Position numbers and translations under genes: made by a program. The notes beneath the pieces are model-generated. The model was given only the letters and a program-made list of their open reading frames with translations. It searched no databases and was not told the DNA's origin. A stretch of 62,979 nt of DNA, counting the filler, from Acetivibrio sp. (GTDB lineage: Bacteria; Bacillota; Clostridia; Acetivibrionales; Acetivibrionaceae): assembly GCF_035371925.1 (NCBI RefSeq). It is 3 parts of 3 records of this genome, joined end to end, with 100 filler letters (N's around TTAATTAATTAA, not from the genome) between each part and the next. Parts side by side here need not be neighbours in the genome. Positions count along the whole stretch, not along the records: positions 1 to 21,602 come from NZ_DAORXT010000051.1; 2 more parts are not named here. One strand, written 5' to 3'. Shown piece after piece: positions 1 through 11,400 of the stretch (position 1 is its first letter; each line of letters opens with the position of its first letter).

Positions 1-115
1 TGGCATCTTCTTTTTCAAAGATCATTTTGTTTCATTACAGGAATGCTCCATATATTATTGTTGCCGTATATGGCAGCAATATACATGAAGATGAAAAAAT
101 ATTTAATTTTTAAAG

Positions 116-1120
116 TTACTGGCTGGATGCTTCAAAATTTTCGATGGTGTCAAGGTATATCCCTGTATAATAATGCTTTAGAATCTCCTCGTAGGTTCCG
201 CCGTTTTTTGCCAGGTTGTTTGCTCCCCATTGGCTCATACCTACTCCGTGACCGTATCCAATCGTTGTTATTACAACTTCTCCGTTCTCTCCCTTTTCTA
301 TATTGAAATTTGTGGATCTTAGACCCAAAAGACTCCTTAACTCCGTACCCTTGATAACCACATCTTCTATTTTGATTTCCTTCACCCTTCCCGCCTTGGT
401 TCTTTCCAATATTTCAATCTCATCTACCAGGTCTTCCGGCTCTAAATCCATATCCGGGTATTGATCCTTGAGCTTTTTCGTTATATCCTCTTCCTTAAAC
501 ACAGCCGAAACCTTATATCCCTCACTTTTATCTTCGCCTTCACTCTTTACACTCTTTAGATAGGGTACTTCAACGCCTTCCCAGACATCTTCCGAATTCT
601 CGGTCATTCCTCCGCTGTTTGCATGAAATACCGGATTTACCACCTTTTTGTCGTACAAAATGATTACTCCCTCGGTTTCCCTAACTGCCCTTTCAATTTT
701 GCTCCAATTGTCAAAGGCTCTGAGATTTCCCCATTTTGCCATTGCATCCCCCTTTTTTGTCCATGCCTGGCAATGGCCCGGGTCGGTACAGATGTCGGCC
801 CCCTTGTGGGTATCTTCTTTTGGCGAATAGAATTTTTTCATTCTCCCGTATACATAGGTACGGGCAGCAACTGCCTGTGCCTTAAGAGCCTCCAATTCAA
901 AATCCGCAGGCATTTCAGCAGCAACCACACCTTTAAGATACTCTTCCAGGGACATTTCTTGAACTTCATCCGCGTCTTTTATATATACCTTTAGCGTCAA
1001 ATCCTCTTTTTCCTCGGGTACAATATCCTCAATCACTGTACTGCACCCTTTTACAATAATCAGAGGAAGTATAACTACTATTATTGTCATTAACAGAACA
1101 TATCTAACGAATCTTTTCAT
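116..1120 (-). CDS. spoIID: Stage II sporulation protein D (lytic transglycosylase)
   Basis: LEEYLKGVVAAEMP, ALKAQAVAARTY, GHGVGMSQWGA motifs; N-terminal TM; follows murA. Start moved to MKRF (1120), preceded by GGAAAAGG. Confidence 0.95.
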   Translation of the reverse strand: MKRFVRYVLLMTIIVVILPLIIVKGCSTVIEDIVPEEKEDLTLKVYIKDADEVQEMSLEEYLKGVVAAEMPADFELEALKAQAVAARTYVYGRMKKFYSPKEDTHKGADICTDPGHCQAWTKKGDAMAKWGNLRAFDNWSKIERAVRETEGVIILYDKKVVNPVFHANSGGMTENSEDVWEGVEVPYLKSVKSEGEDKSEGYKVSAVFKEEDITKKLKDQYPDMDLEPEDLVDEIEILERTKAGRVKEIKIEDVVIKGTELRSLLGLRSTNFNIEKGENGEVVITTIGYGHGVGMSQWGANNLAKNGGTYEEILKHYYTGIYLDTIENFEASSQ

Positions 1121-1157
1121 TGTCCGTACCTTTTCCCGAAGTTTAGTAGATTCTTCC

Positions 1158-1188
1158 ATGTAATGCATGTCAGTAATAATAAATATGA
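1158..1188 (-). promoter_or_regulatory. Putative sigma-E promoter of spoIID
   Basis: Minus strand TCATATT-N16-CATTACAT resembles the sigma-E consensus; spoIID is a known sigma-E gene. Confidence 0.55.
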
Positions 1189-1244
1189 TTGCAAATCGCA
1201 AGTTATTCTTCTTTTACGGACAGTGAAAAGTATTAGAAGGGATA

Positions 1245-1282
1245 ATTAAAGGACGAAAGGGTTAACCTTTACGTCCTTTAAT
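1245..1282 (-). terminator. Intrinsic terminator-like hairpin after murA
   Basis: ATTAAAGGACG-AAAGG / CCTTT-A-CGTCCTTTAAT inverted repeat just past the murA stop. Confidence 0.7.
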
Positions 1283-1313
1283 ATGTACTTCATTTTACTT
1301 TATAAAAATTTTA

Positions 1314-2579
1314 TTAGTCTTCTTCCACTCTTTGAATGTTTGCTCCAAGGGAATTTAATTTTTCGTGTATTCTCACGTACCCTCTTTCAATATGCTCTAT
1401 TTCCGTAACCTCGGTAACGCCTTCTGCTACAAGGCCAGCCAAAACAAGGGCAGCACCGGCTCTTAAGTCCGTTGCCCTTACCTTTGCCCCAGTAAGTCTG
1501 CTGTTGCCTTCAATAATCGCGCTTCTTCCCTCGATTTTAACGTTTGCTCCCATTCTTTTGAGCTCGGCCAAATGCATGAACCTGTTTTCAAAAATGGTCT
1601 CAATAACCATGCTGGTCCCGTCTGCCTTGGTCATCAAAGAAGTCATCTGTGCCTGCATATCCGTCGGAAAACCGGGATACGGATGGGTCTTTATATCAAA
1701 AGGTTTTATTGCATCGCCGGCTTTTACATGTATGCTTGAGAGCTCCTCAGATACTTCAACGCCCGCTTCTCTAAGCTTTGCAGTAATCGGCTTTACATGG
1801 TCGGGTACAATATTCTCAATAATTACATCTCCGCCGGTCACTGCTGCGGCCACCATAAATGTTCCCGCTTCGATCCTGTCGGGTATTACCGCATGATTGG
1901 TTCCTCTCAGTCTGTGGACGCCGTTTATCTTAATGGTATCTGTACCTGCTCCCTTTATATCGGCACCCATGGCAGTAAGATATGTGGCAAGATCCACAAT
2001 CTCCGGTTCGATAGCTGCGTTTTCAATAATTGTCTGGCCCTCTGCCAAAACTGCAGCCATCATAATATTTTCCGTGGCACCTACGCTCGGAAAATCCAAA
2101 TATATCTTGCTTCCTTTCAATCTTCCGTTTACTCTTGCTTCTATATAACCGTGACCTTGTTCTATTTCAGCTCCCATTGCCGCAAATCCCTTTAGATGCA
2201 AATCCACAGGCCTTGTACCTATAGCGCATCCTCCCGGGAGGGAAATTTTGGCTATTCCTGTTCTGGCCAAAAGCGGACCCATAACAAGAATTGATGCCCT
2301 CATTTTATTTACCAACTCATAAGGCGCTGTTGTATTTGCAATATCCTGTGTGTTAATGCAAAGCTTCGCCTTCTCTTCACAAAATCTAACGTCTACTCCA
2401 AAGGACTCTAAAAGCTCACACATAATTTTTACATCAGTGAGGTCCGGAACTTCCTCAATAATGCTTTCCCTGTCCCCTAAAATTGAGGCGGCAATAATAG
2501 GCAGAACAGAGTTCTTTGCGCCGCTAATCCTTACCTTTCCTCTTAAAGGCTTTCCTTCAGTTACAATTAATTTGGGCAC
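1314..2579 (-). CDS. murA: UDP-N-acetylglucosamine 1-carboxyvinyltransferase (intact copy)
   Basis: [27 protein letters not shown] (catalytic Cys), [11 protein letters not shown] start at 2579 with AAAGGAAG RBS. Confidence 0.97.
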   Translation of the reverse strand: MPKLIVTEGKPLRGKVRISGAKNSVLPIIAASILGDRESIIEEVPDLTDVKIMCELLESFGVDVRFCEEKAKLCINTQDIANTTAPYELVNKMRASILVMGPLLARTGIAKISLPGGCAIGTRPVDLHLKGFAAMGAEIEQGHGYIEARVNGRLKGSKIYLDFPSVGATENIMMAAVLAEGQTIIENAAIEPEIVDLATYLTAMGADIKGAGTDTIKINGVHRLRGTNHAVIPDRIEAGTFMVAAAVTGGDVIIENIVPDHVKPITAKLREAGVEVSEELSSIHVKAGDAIKPFDIKTHPYPGFPTDMQAQMTSLMTKADGTSMVIETIFENRFMHLAELKRMGANVKIEGRSAIIEGNSRLTGAKVRATDLRAGAALVLAGLVAEGVTEVTEIEHIERGYVRIHEKLNSLGANIQRVEED

Positions 2580-2643
2580 GTCGATTCTTCCTTTCGTTTT
2601 TTTGTAATTTATCTTTTGTATTGACCTTGCGCGGCTGCTTTCA

Positions 2644-3396
2644 TTAATATTCAACAGTTATCACAGGTGTCGCAAGCCATATGTATGTCCTGTCTTCGTA
2701 AGAATTATACCTGATTGCAATGTTCATATTCACCTTTTCGCCGTTTACCAGTATTGAGTTGTCAATACCGGGAGCAAAGGCCGAAACACTTATTAAATTG
2801 TTTTCTGCAATACCGTTTACCTTTTTAGCCCCTGCGCTTTTGAGTATTTTCTTGCTAATTTTGTTTAAATCCTTGTAATCCATCCTTCCTTCAAAATATC
2901 CGGTCATACATATATTTAATTCCGACTCAATTTTATACTTGTGAAAAACATTAATCAAATCATCATGTATGTCCTCAAGTCCAAATTCGTCAGGCCCTGA
3001 AGTAAGACTTAAAGAAATATAAGCTTTTTCCGGGTCTTTCTCACTTCTATTGGACTGGGCGCATATGTTTATCATCTTTCCTTTGCCAATAGTCCCGATT
3101 ATCTCTATCTTGTCAATCCGGTCATTTGATATCAGCCTTCTTGAAAAAAGTTCGTTATTCTCCACATTTATATCTTTCGCAAGACTGTCAATGATTTTTG
3201 TCAATTCTTCAAAACTTTTTTCTGTTTTTGTCCATGCATAAAATTCGGTATTGGCAAGGGTTGCCCCCGACGCTATAAAAGCTTCTTTCAAGGCAGTTGA
3301 AGATGACCCTTTATTATAATATAGCTTTGCATACCCAATTGTAAATAGTATAATTAAGATTATTATCAAATAAAAGTGTTTAGACGAAAGTTTCAT
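2644..3396 (-). CDS. ywmB: YwmB family (TATA-box-binding-like fold) protein
   Basis: N-terminal [12 protein letters not shown] and [30 protein letters not shown]-terminus; conserved position before murA-spoIID. Confidence 0.8.
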   Translation of the reverse strand: MKLSSKHFYLIIILIILFTIGYAKLYYNKGSSSTALKEAFIASGATLANTEFYAWTKTEKSFEELTKIIDSLAKDINVENNELFSRRLISNDRIDKIEIIGTIGKGKMINICAQSNRSEKDPEKAYISLSLTSGPDEFGLEDIHDDLINVFHKYKIESELNICMTGYFEGRMDYKDLNKISKKILKSAGAKKVNGIAENNLISVSAFAPGIDNSILVNGEKVNMNIAIRYNSYEDRTYIWLATPVITVEY

Positions 3397-3458
3397 ATAT
3401 ATCCCCCTCTTCTGCCATTTTGTACAGCTTCTTTAGAAATGGACGCAGCTATAGTAGA

Positions 3459-3487
3459 ATTATTGCCTTTTTAAGATGGGGATATAC
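3459..3487 (-). promoter_or_regulatory. Putative sigma-F/sigma-G promoter of ywmB-murA
   Basis: Minus strand GTATA-N15-GGCAATAAT matches GYATA-N14/15-GGnnAnAnT. Confidence 0.6.
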
Positions 3488-3658
3488 ATATATTATTTTT
3501 TAAGAACTGTTTGAAATTTTCAATTGCAAAAGAAGTGCCCTTTTGATTAACCACCTCCCAAAAAAGCGGCGTTGAATTATTGTAAACTTCTTTTGACGTA
3601 ATGCAAAATCGTAAGTTAAATAGTTTAATGCAACAAAGGAGCTGGTTTCTTTTGATGT

Positions 3659-4519
3659 TTAATACGTGGAAAGTGCCCTGCTTACCATCATTGAACAGTT
3701 GGCCCTGTCTATTGGGGCTTCCTCGTTAAAATTCTTGTACAGACTGTCATTAACCGATAGAATACCTACATCAAACATTTTTTTTACTGATTTGCTGTAC
3801 CATTTATCAGGATTTAATTTTGAATAAATTCCGTTTTTTGTGGTTTTAAAGTTAAACGCTCTCGCTATAACGGAACAGGCCTCAGCCAAAGTTATAGGGC
3901 GATCGGGTCTTACCGTCCCGTCCTCATAACCTGAAATCAATCCGTGTTTTGCTGCCACAAGTATTATATCCCTTGCCCAATGCCCGTCAATATCCGTAAA
4001 TCCGAAAGTATCTTCTGCCGTTCCTTCCAGATTTAATGCCTTTACCAGAAGAACCATAAACTCTGCCCTGGTAATATTACTTTCGGGCCTGAAGGAACCG
4101 TCCGGCATTCCGTTCACAATTCCGGCATCATGGAGATGGGTAATATACTCCTTGGCCTCAATGCCTTTAATATCGTTAAAAGGTACCCAATCAGCATCGT
4201 CAATGTTTGAAAGGATTATTCTAAGCGGCGGAACTGCACCGGTCAAATCGTAGTCAAGATATGACCGGTTTTCTGTGTCAACCGTCTCATAACCTATATA
4301 CAGCGTTTTGCCGTTTACCAGGTAATAGTAGGCAATGGCAATGCCTTTGCCTTTGTTTTTTTCTTTGTCTTCATCGGACCACTTTAGTGTTATCCTTATT
4401 TTGTTTTCATCAATTTGCCGTGTCTCATACACAGCTCCGTGAGCACTGACATTTTGAACACTCACAAGCAAAACATGCAATATTAATATTATGCTCACAC
4501 ACACCGTCTTTATATTCAT
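3659..4519 (-). CDS. Secreted protein with three C-terminal SLH domains
   Basis: Signal peptide; SLH repeats FNDIKG..GIVNGMPDGSFRPESNITRAE, FTDIDGHWA..GYEDGTVRPDRPITLAE and a third degenerate copy. Confidence 0.9.
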   Translation of the reverse strand: MNIKTVCVSIILILHVLLVSVQNVSAHGAVYETRQIDENKIRITLKWSDEDKEKNKGKGIAIAYYYLVNGKTLYIGYETVDTENRSYLDYDLTGAVPPLRIILSNIDDADWVPFNDIKGIEAKEYITHLHDAGIVNGMPDGSFRPESNITRAEFMVLLVKALNLEGTAEDTFGFTDIDGHWARDIILVAAKHGLISGYEDGTVRPDRPITLAEACSVIARAFNFKTTKNGIYSKLNPDKWYSKSVKKMFDVGILSVNDSLYKNFNEEAPIDRANCSMMVSRALSTY

Positions 4520-4569
4520 TATTTCCTACCTCAAATCCTCTTTTTTAAAGTAGAAATCAACCTTGTTTT

Positions 4570-7500
4570 TTATTCCAATTCTCCAACATATACCAATAGT
4601 TTTTCAATAAGCACAAGAACTTCATGTCTTTTTATCGGCTCATTGGTCATTACCGTTTTACCGCCATCTCTTACCAACTCAAATCCATTTTTTTCAATGA
4701 ACTCCGACTTGGTTTTTGCGTCCAACAGTTTTCCGGTTTTCAGCTCAAACAGCCTTATTATCATTTTATAAGCCTCACCCACAGTGCAGTTCCTGCTTGA
4801 AGCCTTGATGTCATTGGATGTAATAAATCCGGCTTTCAAAGCGTTGTTCATAAAGTCGCTTCCATACTCGTAATCCAACACATCCAGCATAAACTTTACT
4901 GTGTCTCCCAAAGAAGCATAATTGTCGGGTCCAAAAAGTCTTGTCGGCACACTTTTTAGCTCATGCAAGGATGCAACGTTATTTATGCTGGTCTCATAAG
5001 GATGATAATATATGTCGTCAAAAAAGTCCTTGTCCAACTCGGCTATCGCGGTATTTCCAAGTTTTAAGGTTTCAAAAGCAAGAGTTCCTATATTTCTGTC
5101 ATAGTTGTAATCATATGCTGTTTGAAGCCTTTTCCACTTGCCGGTTTCTCCGTCGTATAAAAAGCCGGATGTCTTGCCTTCGGTGAACCTGTCGGTATCG
5201 TCATATTCCGAAAGAACCTTAAGAGGCTTTAGGACGGAACTTACAGGTATTACATTGCCGCCATCGACTACACCTATTTCTATTTTTATGGTCTCGGTTT
5301 TAAACATCATGTTCTTTACATTTGTTCCGGTATTACCCAGATGCGAAATGGTTATCTCGTAATTTACACCCGAAGCCTTTCCCGCCAAAGGATTGAAGTT
5401 TGCCGTTGTTATTGTTCCCGGTCTTATAACAAGGGAAAAATCTTTCATTTTAAAAGTAACATTTTCCGAAAGCTCGGTCAGGGATTTAAACACCTTGTCG
5501 GAAACTAGTATTCTCAGTTTTTTATATGCCTGGGGCGGATCATTGAGTTTGACCGTGACATCTAGTTTATTGTCATTTATTACATATTCTACAAATCTAT
5601 CCGCATCAACCCCGACTATCTTAACATCCCAGACTCCATCTTTGACGGTTTTTGCTTTATTTACAAAATCACCGATTATGACAGTATCAATATCCTCGTC
5701 GGAATCATAGTCATCACTGCTTCTTCTAGTTCTCACAGTCACACTCTGGGTAGGATTGGATTTCAAATTTTTCGAAGGATCATAGGAATACAGCCTTGCA
5801 TAATACCTGTGGTTCGACAAAAGTCCCCCCACGGTAAACTCCGAGGCCTTTCCCACCTTGTATTCCACAGCATCCTTGTAATCTACGTCACCGGCAACCT
5901 CAAGAATATACTCTAAATCCTCTTCCTGCATCCATTCATATGTAATACTGTTCTTTGTAATTGCATCGGAAGTGTTTTTAATACCGAATCCCTTTGGCGT
6001 ATCCGGCGGAATATATGCAAGAGTCCTTACCAGATAGGAATCGCTCCACTCGGACTTTATTGTCTCTCCGTCTTTGCCGACAGCTTCCGCCTGTACCCAA
6101 AAATAATACAGGGTGTTTGGAGTTAAGCCTGTTATTCTGGTGTATATAGAATTTTTTAAATCTTCCGGAGTTACTTTCACACTTCCCGTTGCCGTATTTA
6201 TATTGTCGGAAAGTCCGTATTTCAGATAGTAATTGTGTTCCGGGTTAAACTCCCAGCCCAAATCAATGTATGTGTCCGCAGCCACGTGATAGTTGAATGA
6301 AGGCACCACCGGCTTTTCCAAAGGAGGTATTATAACCGGGTTTGTTGTGACTATTATCGGGTCCGAAGGTTCGGACACAAGGTTTGCACTGGGTCTTGCC
6401 GCTCTCACCCATATAACATACACTTTATTGGGCTCAAGACCGGTAACTGTAATATCCACGTTGTGTTTTTTCCCGTCAGGATTGAGGTCCGGGTTTTCCC
6501 ACGGGTCATTTGGATCAACAGGGAAATTAACTACTTTATCTGCCGGAAGATATTTGAGCTCATCATAGGACATGCCTTCCCTATACTCAACACATCCGAC
6601 ATTTATTTTTACACCGGAATCATAAGACACTTTTCTGTAATAAACATCATCCACAACGGACGGCTGAGGGTCAAAAGGAGGTACATCATTGTAATGAAGT
6701 TTTTCAGTGCGTATGTATTCCCATTTGTTTTCACTAAAATTATATTCTTCATACCACAGGTTTTTAATCTGTATTGTCACCGAACTTTCCGTAACCATGT
6801 TCTGCCCGTTCGAATCCTTCTTTACTTTAAGAGGCGGCTTTGCCGGCACATTGGGCTGATTTATCGGCTCATCGGCCGGAGTAATAATAACCTTTATGGC
6901 AGGGTCGGATATATATTCGACATTTTGGAGTATATCGTCAACATATTCAACAAACTGCTTCTTTGCAACTATTTTTAAATAATAGGTGGAGTTGGGAGTC
7001 AAATTCGAAACAACGTATTTATAGCCAATAAGGGCATCTCCGCTAATTATACGGTTGCTGCTTCCCATTGACACGCTCCAGGCAATTTTTTTGCTCTCCG
7101 GCGGGTTGTCAATAAGGTTCGGATCGTCTATAATCCATATGTCATAGGTAATATCATTGTCCACCTGCCCGTCCCCGCGGGTGGGAGCTTTCCACAAAAT
7201 TGTCGCACTATTGGGTTTGAGTTCTTCATCATAGCTTATAATAGTCTCTCCCGGAGCTTTTTCAAATTTGTCCACCAATACGGGAGCCGCGGGATAAGAA
7301 GGAGCTTCCTGCTCTCTTACTATTATTCTTTCGGATTCTATCTTTATGCCTTCATATACATCAAGACCATCTCGGGTTACAATTGCCCTGATTATAAAGT
7401 AGTGTTCAGCCTCTCCGGGCGGAAGCGTGACAAAAAAATCGGTACCGTCCACAGCCGCCATGTATTGAGCCAGGTCGCTAGAGTCCACTCGCCCCCTATA

Positions 7501-8409
7501 AATCTGATATTTGACTTTTATGTTACTGTCGCTAAGTCCGGTAACAACAGGGCTCCACTCCAGCTTCCAAATAATCCCAGAGTCAGCAGAAGCTATTTTT
7601 GTGGTCTTAACCAAAATGTAGCTGCTGACAATAACGGTTGGGCTGTACGGATTCTTTTTGAGTTCGGAATCATTAACATCCGGCTCAATTCTGATGTAGT
7701 AAACCCTTCCCGGGTCTCTGGCTGTATGAATATACTCAAGCTTTCCTGTAGACTCATTCACCTTTACCGGCTTGTCCGGTCCTATCTGGTCTTTGCCTAT
7801 GTATATCGGCGGTGTATTGGTGAAATTGCCGTTTTCGGAAATATAAAGCTTGTAGTCTATTCTGCCGTTGGTGTTCCAAACATCATCCCATTCTATCTTA
7901 ATCTTGTTTGTAGAGATGGAATATGCGTCAACATCTATCTCGGTCAAAACCTTCACTCTGTTTGAAGCCGGCGATTCCGCGCTTCTGTACAATTTGCTGT
8001 CTTCGGCAAATGTGTGATAGGCAGTCGCATCCACATAGTAGATGGTACCTGAATTCAGATCCTTTAAGCGATACGAATCTAAATTTCCGGAAACATCCTT
8101 TGCCTTCAATGTACGGGGTTTGGCCGCCCTGTAAGGCTTTGATATTTCCTGCACGTAGAAGTTAAGGTATTTCGAAATGGAATAAGAGGGAAAGCTCACA
8201 TTCCATTTAAAATCGACATAATATTTATCAAATTCACTATAGCCAATGGCAGGCTCCCCAGGATTTTGCGGTTCAATCCTAAGCTTTGAAGGAGCCGATT
8301 GAGGTTCTGTATCAATAGCCCAAGCTGTATTTATGATATTTAGTTGGATAATCAGGCTTATTAACAATATTAGTCCGATAGCTCTCTTAGCTCTTGTCAT
8401 TTTCATCAT
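4570..8409 (-). CDS. Large secreted Fn3-repeat surface protein with degenerate C-terminal SLH
   Basis: Signal peptide; repeated W..P / L.P.T.YY motifs (NLTPNSTYYLK, GLTPNTLYYF, GLLSNHRYY); C-terminal FFDDIYYHPY..FGPDNYASLG. Confidence 0.8.
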   Translation of the reverse strand: MMKMTRAKRAIGLILLISLIIQLNIINTAWAIDTEPQSAPSKLRIEPQNPGEPAIGYSEFDKYYVDFKWNVSFPSYSISKYLNFYVQEISKPYRAAKPRTLKAKDVSGNLDSYRLKDLNSGTIYYVDATAYHTFAEDSKLYRSAESPASNRVKVLTEIDVDAYSISTNKIKIEWDDVWNTNGRIDYKLYISENGNFTNTPPIYIGKDQIGPDKPVKVNESTGKLEYIHTARDPGRVYYIRIEPDVNDSELKKNPYSPTVIVSSYILVKTTKIASADSGIIWKLEWSPVVTGLSDSNIKVKYQIYRGRVDSSDLAQYMAAVDGTDFFVTLPPGEAEHYFIIRAIVTRDGLDVYEGIKIESERIIVREQEAPSYPAAPVLVDKFEKAPGETIISYDEELKPNSATILWKAPTRGDGQVDNDITYDIWIIDDPNLIDNPPESKKIAWSVSMGSSNRIISGDALIGYKYVVSNLTPNSTYYLKIVAKKQFVEYVDDILQNVEYISDPAIKVIITPADEPINQPNVPAKPPLKVKKDSNGQNMVTESSVTIQIKNLWYEEYNFSENKWEYIRTEKLHYNDVPPFDPQPSVVDDVYYRKVSYDSGVKINVGCVEYREGMSYDELKYLPADKVVNFPVDPNDPWENPDLNPDGKKHNVDITVTGLEPNKVYVIWVRAARPSANLVSEPSDPIIVTTNPVIIPPLEKPVVPSFNYHVAADTYIDLGWEFNPEHNYYLKYGLSDNINTATGSVKVTPEDLKNSIYTRITGLTPNTLYYFWVQAEAVGKDGETIKSEWSDSYLVRTLAYIPPDTPKGFGIKNTSDAITKNSITYEWMQEEDLEYILEVAGDVDYKDAVEYKVGKASEFTVGGLLSNHRYYARLYSYDPSKNLKSNPTQSVTVRTRRSSDDYDSDEDIDTVIIGDFVNKAKTVKDGVWDVKIVGVDADRFVEYVINDNKLDVTVKLNDPPQAYKKLRILVSDKVFKSLTELSENVTFKMKDFSLVIRPGTITTANFNPLAGKASGVNYEITISHLGNTGTNVKNMMFKTETIKIEIGVVDGGNVIPVSSVLKPLKVLSEYDDTDRFTEGKTSGFLYDGETGKWKRLQTAYDYNYDRNIGTLAFETLKLGNTAIAELDKDFFDDIYYHPYETSINNVASLHELKSVPTRLFGPDNYASLGDTVKFMLDVLDYEYGSDFMNNALKAGFITSNDIKASSRNCTVGEAYKMIIRLFELKTGKLLDAKTKSEFIEKNGFELVRDGGKTVMTNEPIKRHEVLVLIEKLLVYVGELE

Positions 8410-8415
8410 GTCTCC

Positions 8416-11400
8416 TTATATTTCCTTGGTAATCTCAAGTATTTTTACAAAAGACTCTACCAGTTCTGCCCGGGTAACAGGTTTTTTAGGCCCAAATGCG
8501 CCATTTTCGCCAACTGTCATTACTTCCAAATCCAATACCAGCAGAACGGGTTTTAGCAAGCTACTGTCAACATCTCTTTCATCGCTTATATAGACATATC
8601 TTTTGGGTATCAGGCTCTGAATATTTACACCTGTCTTTTCACAATACACTTTCATTATTATTAAGGCTATTTCCTGACGGGTTATATCCCTTGTAACACC
8701 ACCAACACCCACGAGGCTCTTAAGACCGTACTTTTCGGCCTTCTGGCTTATGGTAAGTCCATGACTTGTTCCTTCTTTGTTTGTAACCTTTTCATAAAGC
8801 AAAATTGCTTCCTTTACTTTAACATTATCCTCCGGATAGAAGGAGTCCAGATTACCGAAAACATCTCTTAAATCATATTTTGACATAAGAATTTTTATGT
8901 CCCCGGAATAGGAGTACCCATCCGGCACATCCGATGGAGCTGCCGCAAAAACGAGCACGGCGTATTCACCGGTTTTTATAGTGTTGAACAATGCGCTGTT
9001 TCCAATGTAAACCGTATTGGATGAAAGCTTTTTCCATTTTCCTTCTCCTTCGTACCATACTCCGGGAGTCTTCAAGCCTGGTTTATCGGTAAAGGTCAGC
9101 TTCGTCATCATAGGTTTGTCAAAGTCCTTTATTACTTTAGTGCCCACCACTATGGAGTAAGAGCCGCTTGTGGTGTCAATCCTGTTTTTGATAAATACTG
9201 ACAAATCCTCCTCAATCTCTCCTATAAGCTCTAAAATCTCTTCATCAATATTAGTATATTTGCTTTTTTTGTTATCCCGGCTCAAAAGCTTATTAAGTTT
9301 TTCCTGAACGAGCCCCGATTCTTTGTTGTACAACTTGTTGTGTATTTCATCTCTGATTTGGGAATAGGTAAAGCTTGTCCCCACAGCTTCCAGGCTGACA
9401 CTGTTTATTTGGGATGCAGCCTCGGCTCCCTCCGGCAAGCTCTTGGCCGATTTTTGCAAACGCTTTATGGTAAATTTATAGTATATTCCCTTGACATTTG
9501 AGTTGTCATGAAGAGCAACAACTTCTTTGCTTTCGGTATCAATAGTTCCCGGCCTTAAGGTGTACTCCGCACCTATGGTCTTAATTACAAGACTTGTGTT
9601 GTCTGTCTCCAAGACCTCTATCACACTGCCCGGAACATATACTACGTCCGTGCCGGCACCTTCATTAATATTGGATATATCCAAGGTAAAGGGATATGGT
9701 CCGTTGTTTTGAATTGCATTTACCATCCGGTCTTCTTTTAGAAGAAGCTTGTTGTAATTTCCGTTTCTTATATCAATTCTCCAGTACAGCGCCTCCTCAA
9801 ACTCTCGGATTTTATCCAAAAACTTTGCTTCTTTTTTATTGTTGTTGTCCTCTTCGTCGTAATCATCCTGGTTGAATTCCGTTCTGACTTCAACAGGCCC
9901 TATATATTTTGAGTATGAGACAATAGTTGAATCCACAGGGTCAATCCTTACTGCGCGTACCTTGATATAATATTTTGTGTTGGACTTAAGCTCCTCATGC
10001 TTTATACTTCCGTCCTGCATTTTTACAGGATACGTCTTTATTCTTGCATAGAAGTATTCATAGTTCATGGTATTTGCTTTGGGGTCTTTTTCTTTATAAT
10101 ACGGAAGTATCTTTCCGTCGTAATTTATATATTCCTCCAGGTCCTCATCGGAAAGCTCAATATAGTCATCGTCTGCCAAGGTTTTTATTGCAAGCTCGTA
10201 CTTGTATCCCGGAAGACCTCTCCACTTGGCTTCCAGCTCGTGGCCTCCGTCCCTTGTTTTCAAGGATTGGGCCGTAAAGACCGGTTCGCTTTTATTTTTC
10301 TTATATACATTTATATCGTAAGCTGTATCAAATTCAAGGTTTGAAAGCCTTACATAGTTGATTGCTCCCAACCTCACTATGGTGTACCTGTTTCTTGCCA
10401 CCTGGCCGAATTTCAAGTCATCTTCCGGTTTTATGTATATACTGTAGTCTTCCGTCCTTGCATTAATATCACTGTCATTAAAGTAAAATCCCAACTGTGC
10501 GTCTTTAACCGCCTCCAGCATGGACGGCTGTTCTATCAAAATTGTGGTAACCGGGATTGAAACCCACAAGCTGTAATTTGTGGGATCACTACTCTTTACC
10601 GCTCTTATGCTAAAGTAATAAAGCCTATTCGGAAACAGCCAGGAATCTACTGTATACCTCAACTGTTTGGTTAGGGGATCAAGCTCAAAGTTTTTGGCAA
10701 GCACCGGCAATGAAGGGTCTAAGATTACATTTCCGAATTCAGCATTAAAGCTTTGGTATATGGCATCCTCCGAGCCGTCATAGTCCCCTTCGTTGGGCTC
10801 GACTCTTCTTGAAGTGCATATTATTTCATAATATACGTCATTTTCCGCCCAGTTCCATGAAAATACCACGCTCAAGCTGTCAACCAACGGATTTCCCTTT
10901 TGATCTTTTGCAATATTAAAATCCGTTGGTGTAAGAGGTCTCTTTGCGGATTCATCCGGTTCTCCCATCACGCCCCGAACCGTAGTCACCGCAAGAATTG
11001 CCGAAGGCTTTGATATTTTGTCCTCGGACAGTGTACTTATCGACAGCCTTGTCTTTATTACAAAATAATATGTGGTATTGGGTCTTAATTTTTCTCCAAA
11101 AAGCGTATAACCATCCGTTCCGGGAGAGAAATTGCTTATGGTGGCTCTTATCGAGCTACTGTCGTCATTTGTCCCTACAAATAACACATCACCTTTCGGA
11201 TTTTCAGTACTTCCCACAAACTTAAATGAGGTTATGTCCGTTCTTGTGCTCATGTATAAATCATAATAAACAGCTTTTGAAACCGAAGTGTCCGCCACAT
11301 AGTTTTTCCAATTGATGTTGAGCTTGTCAAACTGCAGCTCTATGTAATTTGATACAATAACCTGCTGAGTATCCTGGTCAATCGTAACATTAGCATCATT

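Noticed and set aside
1336..2607. Several plus-strand ORFs over murA, and similar antisense ORFs over atp, tex, ftsZ and comM
   Set aside because: Antisense shadows of well-conserved genes.
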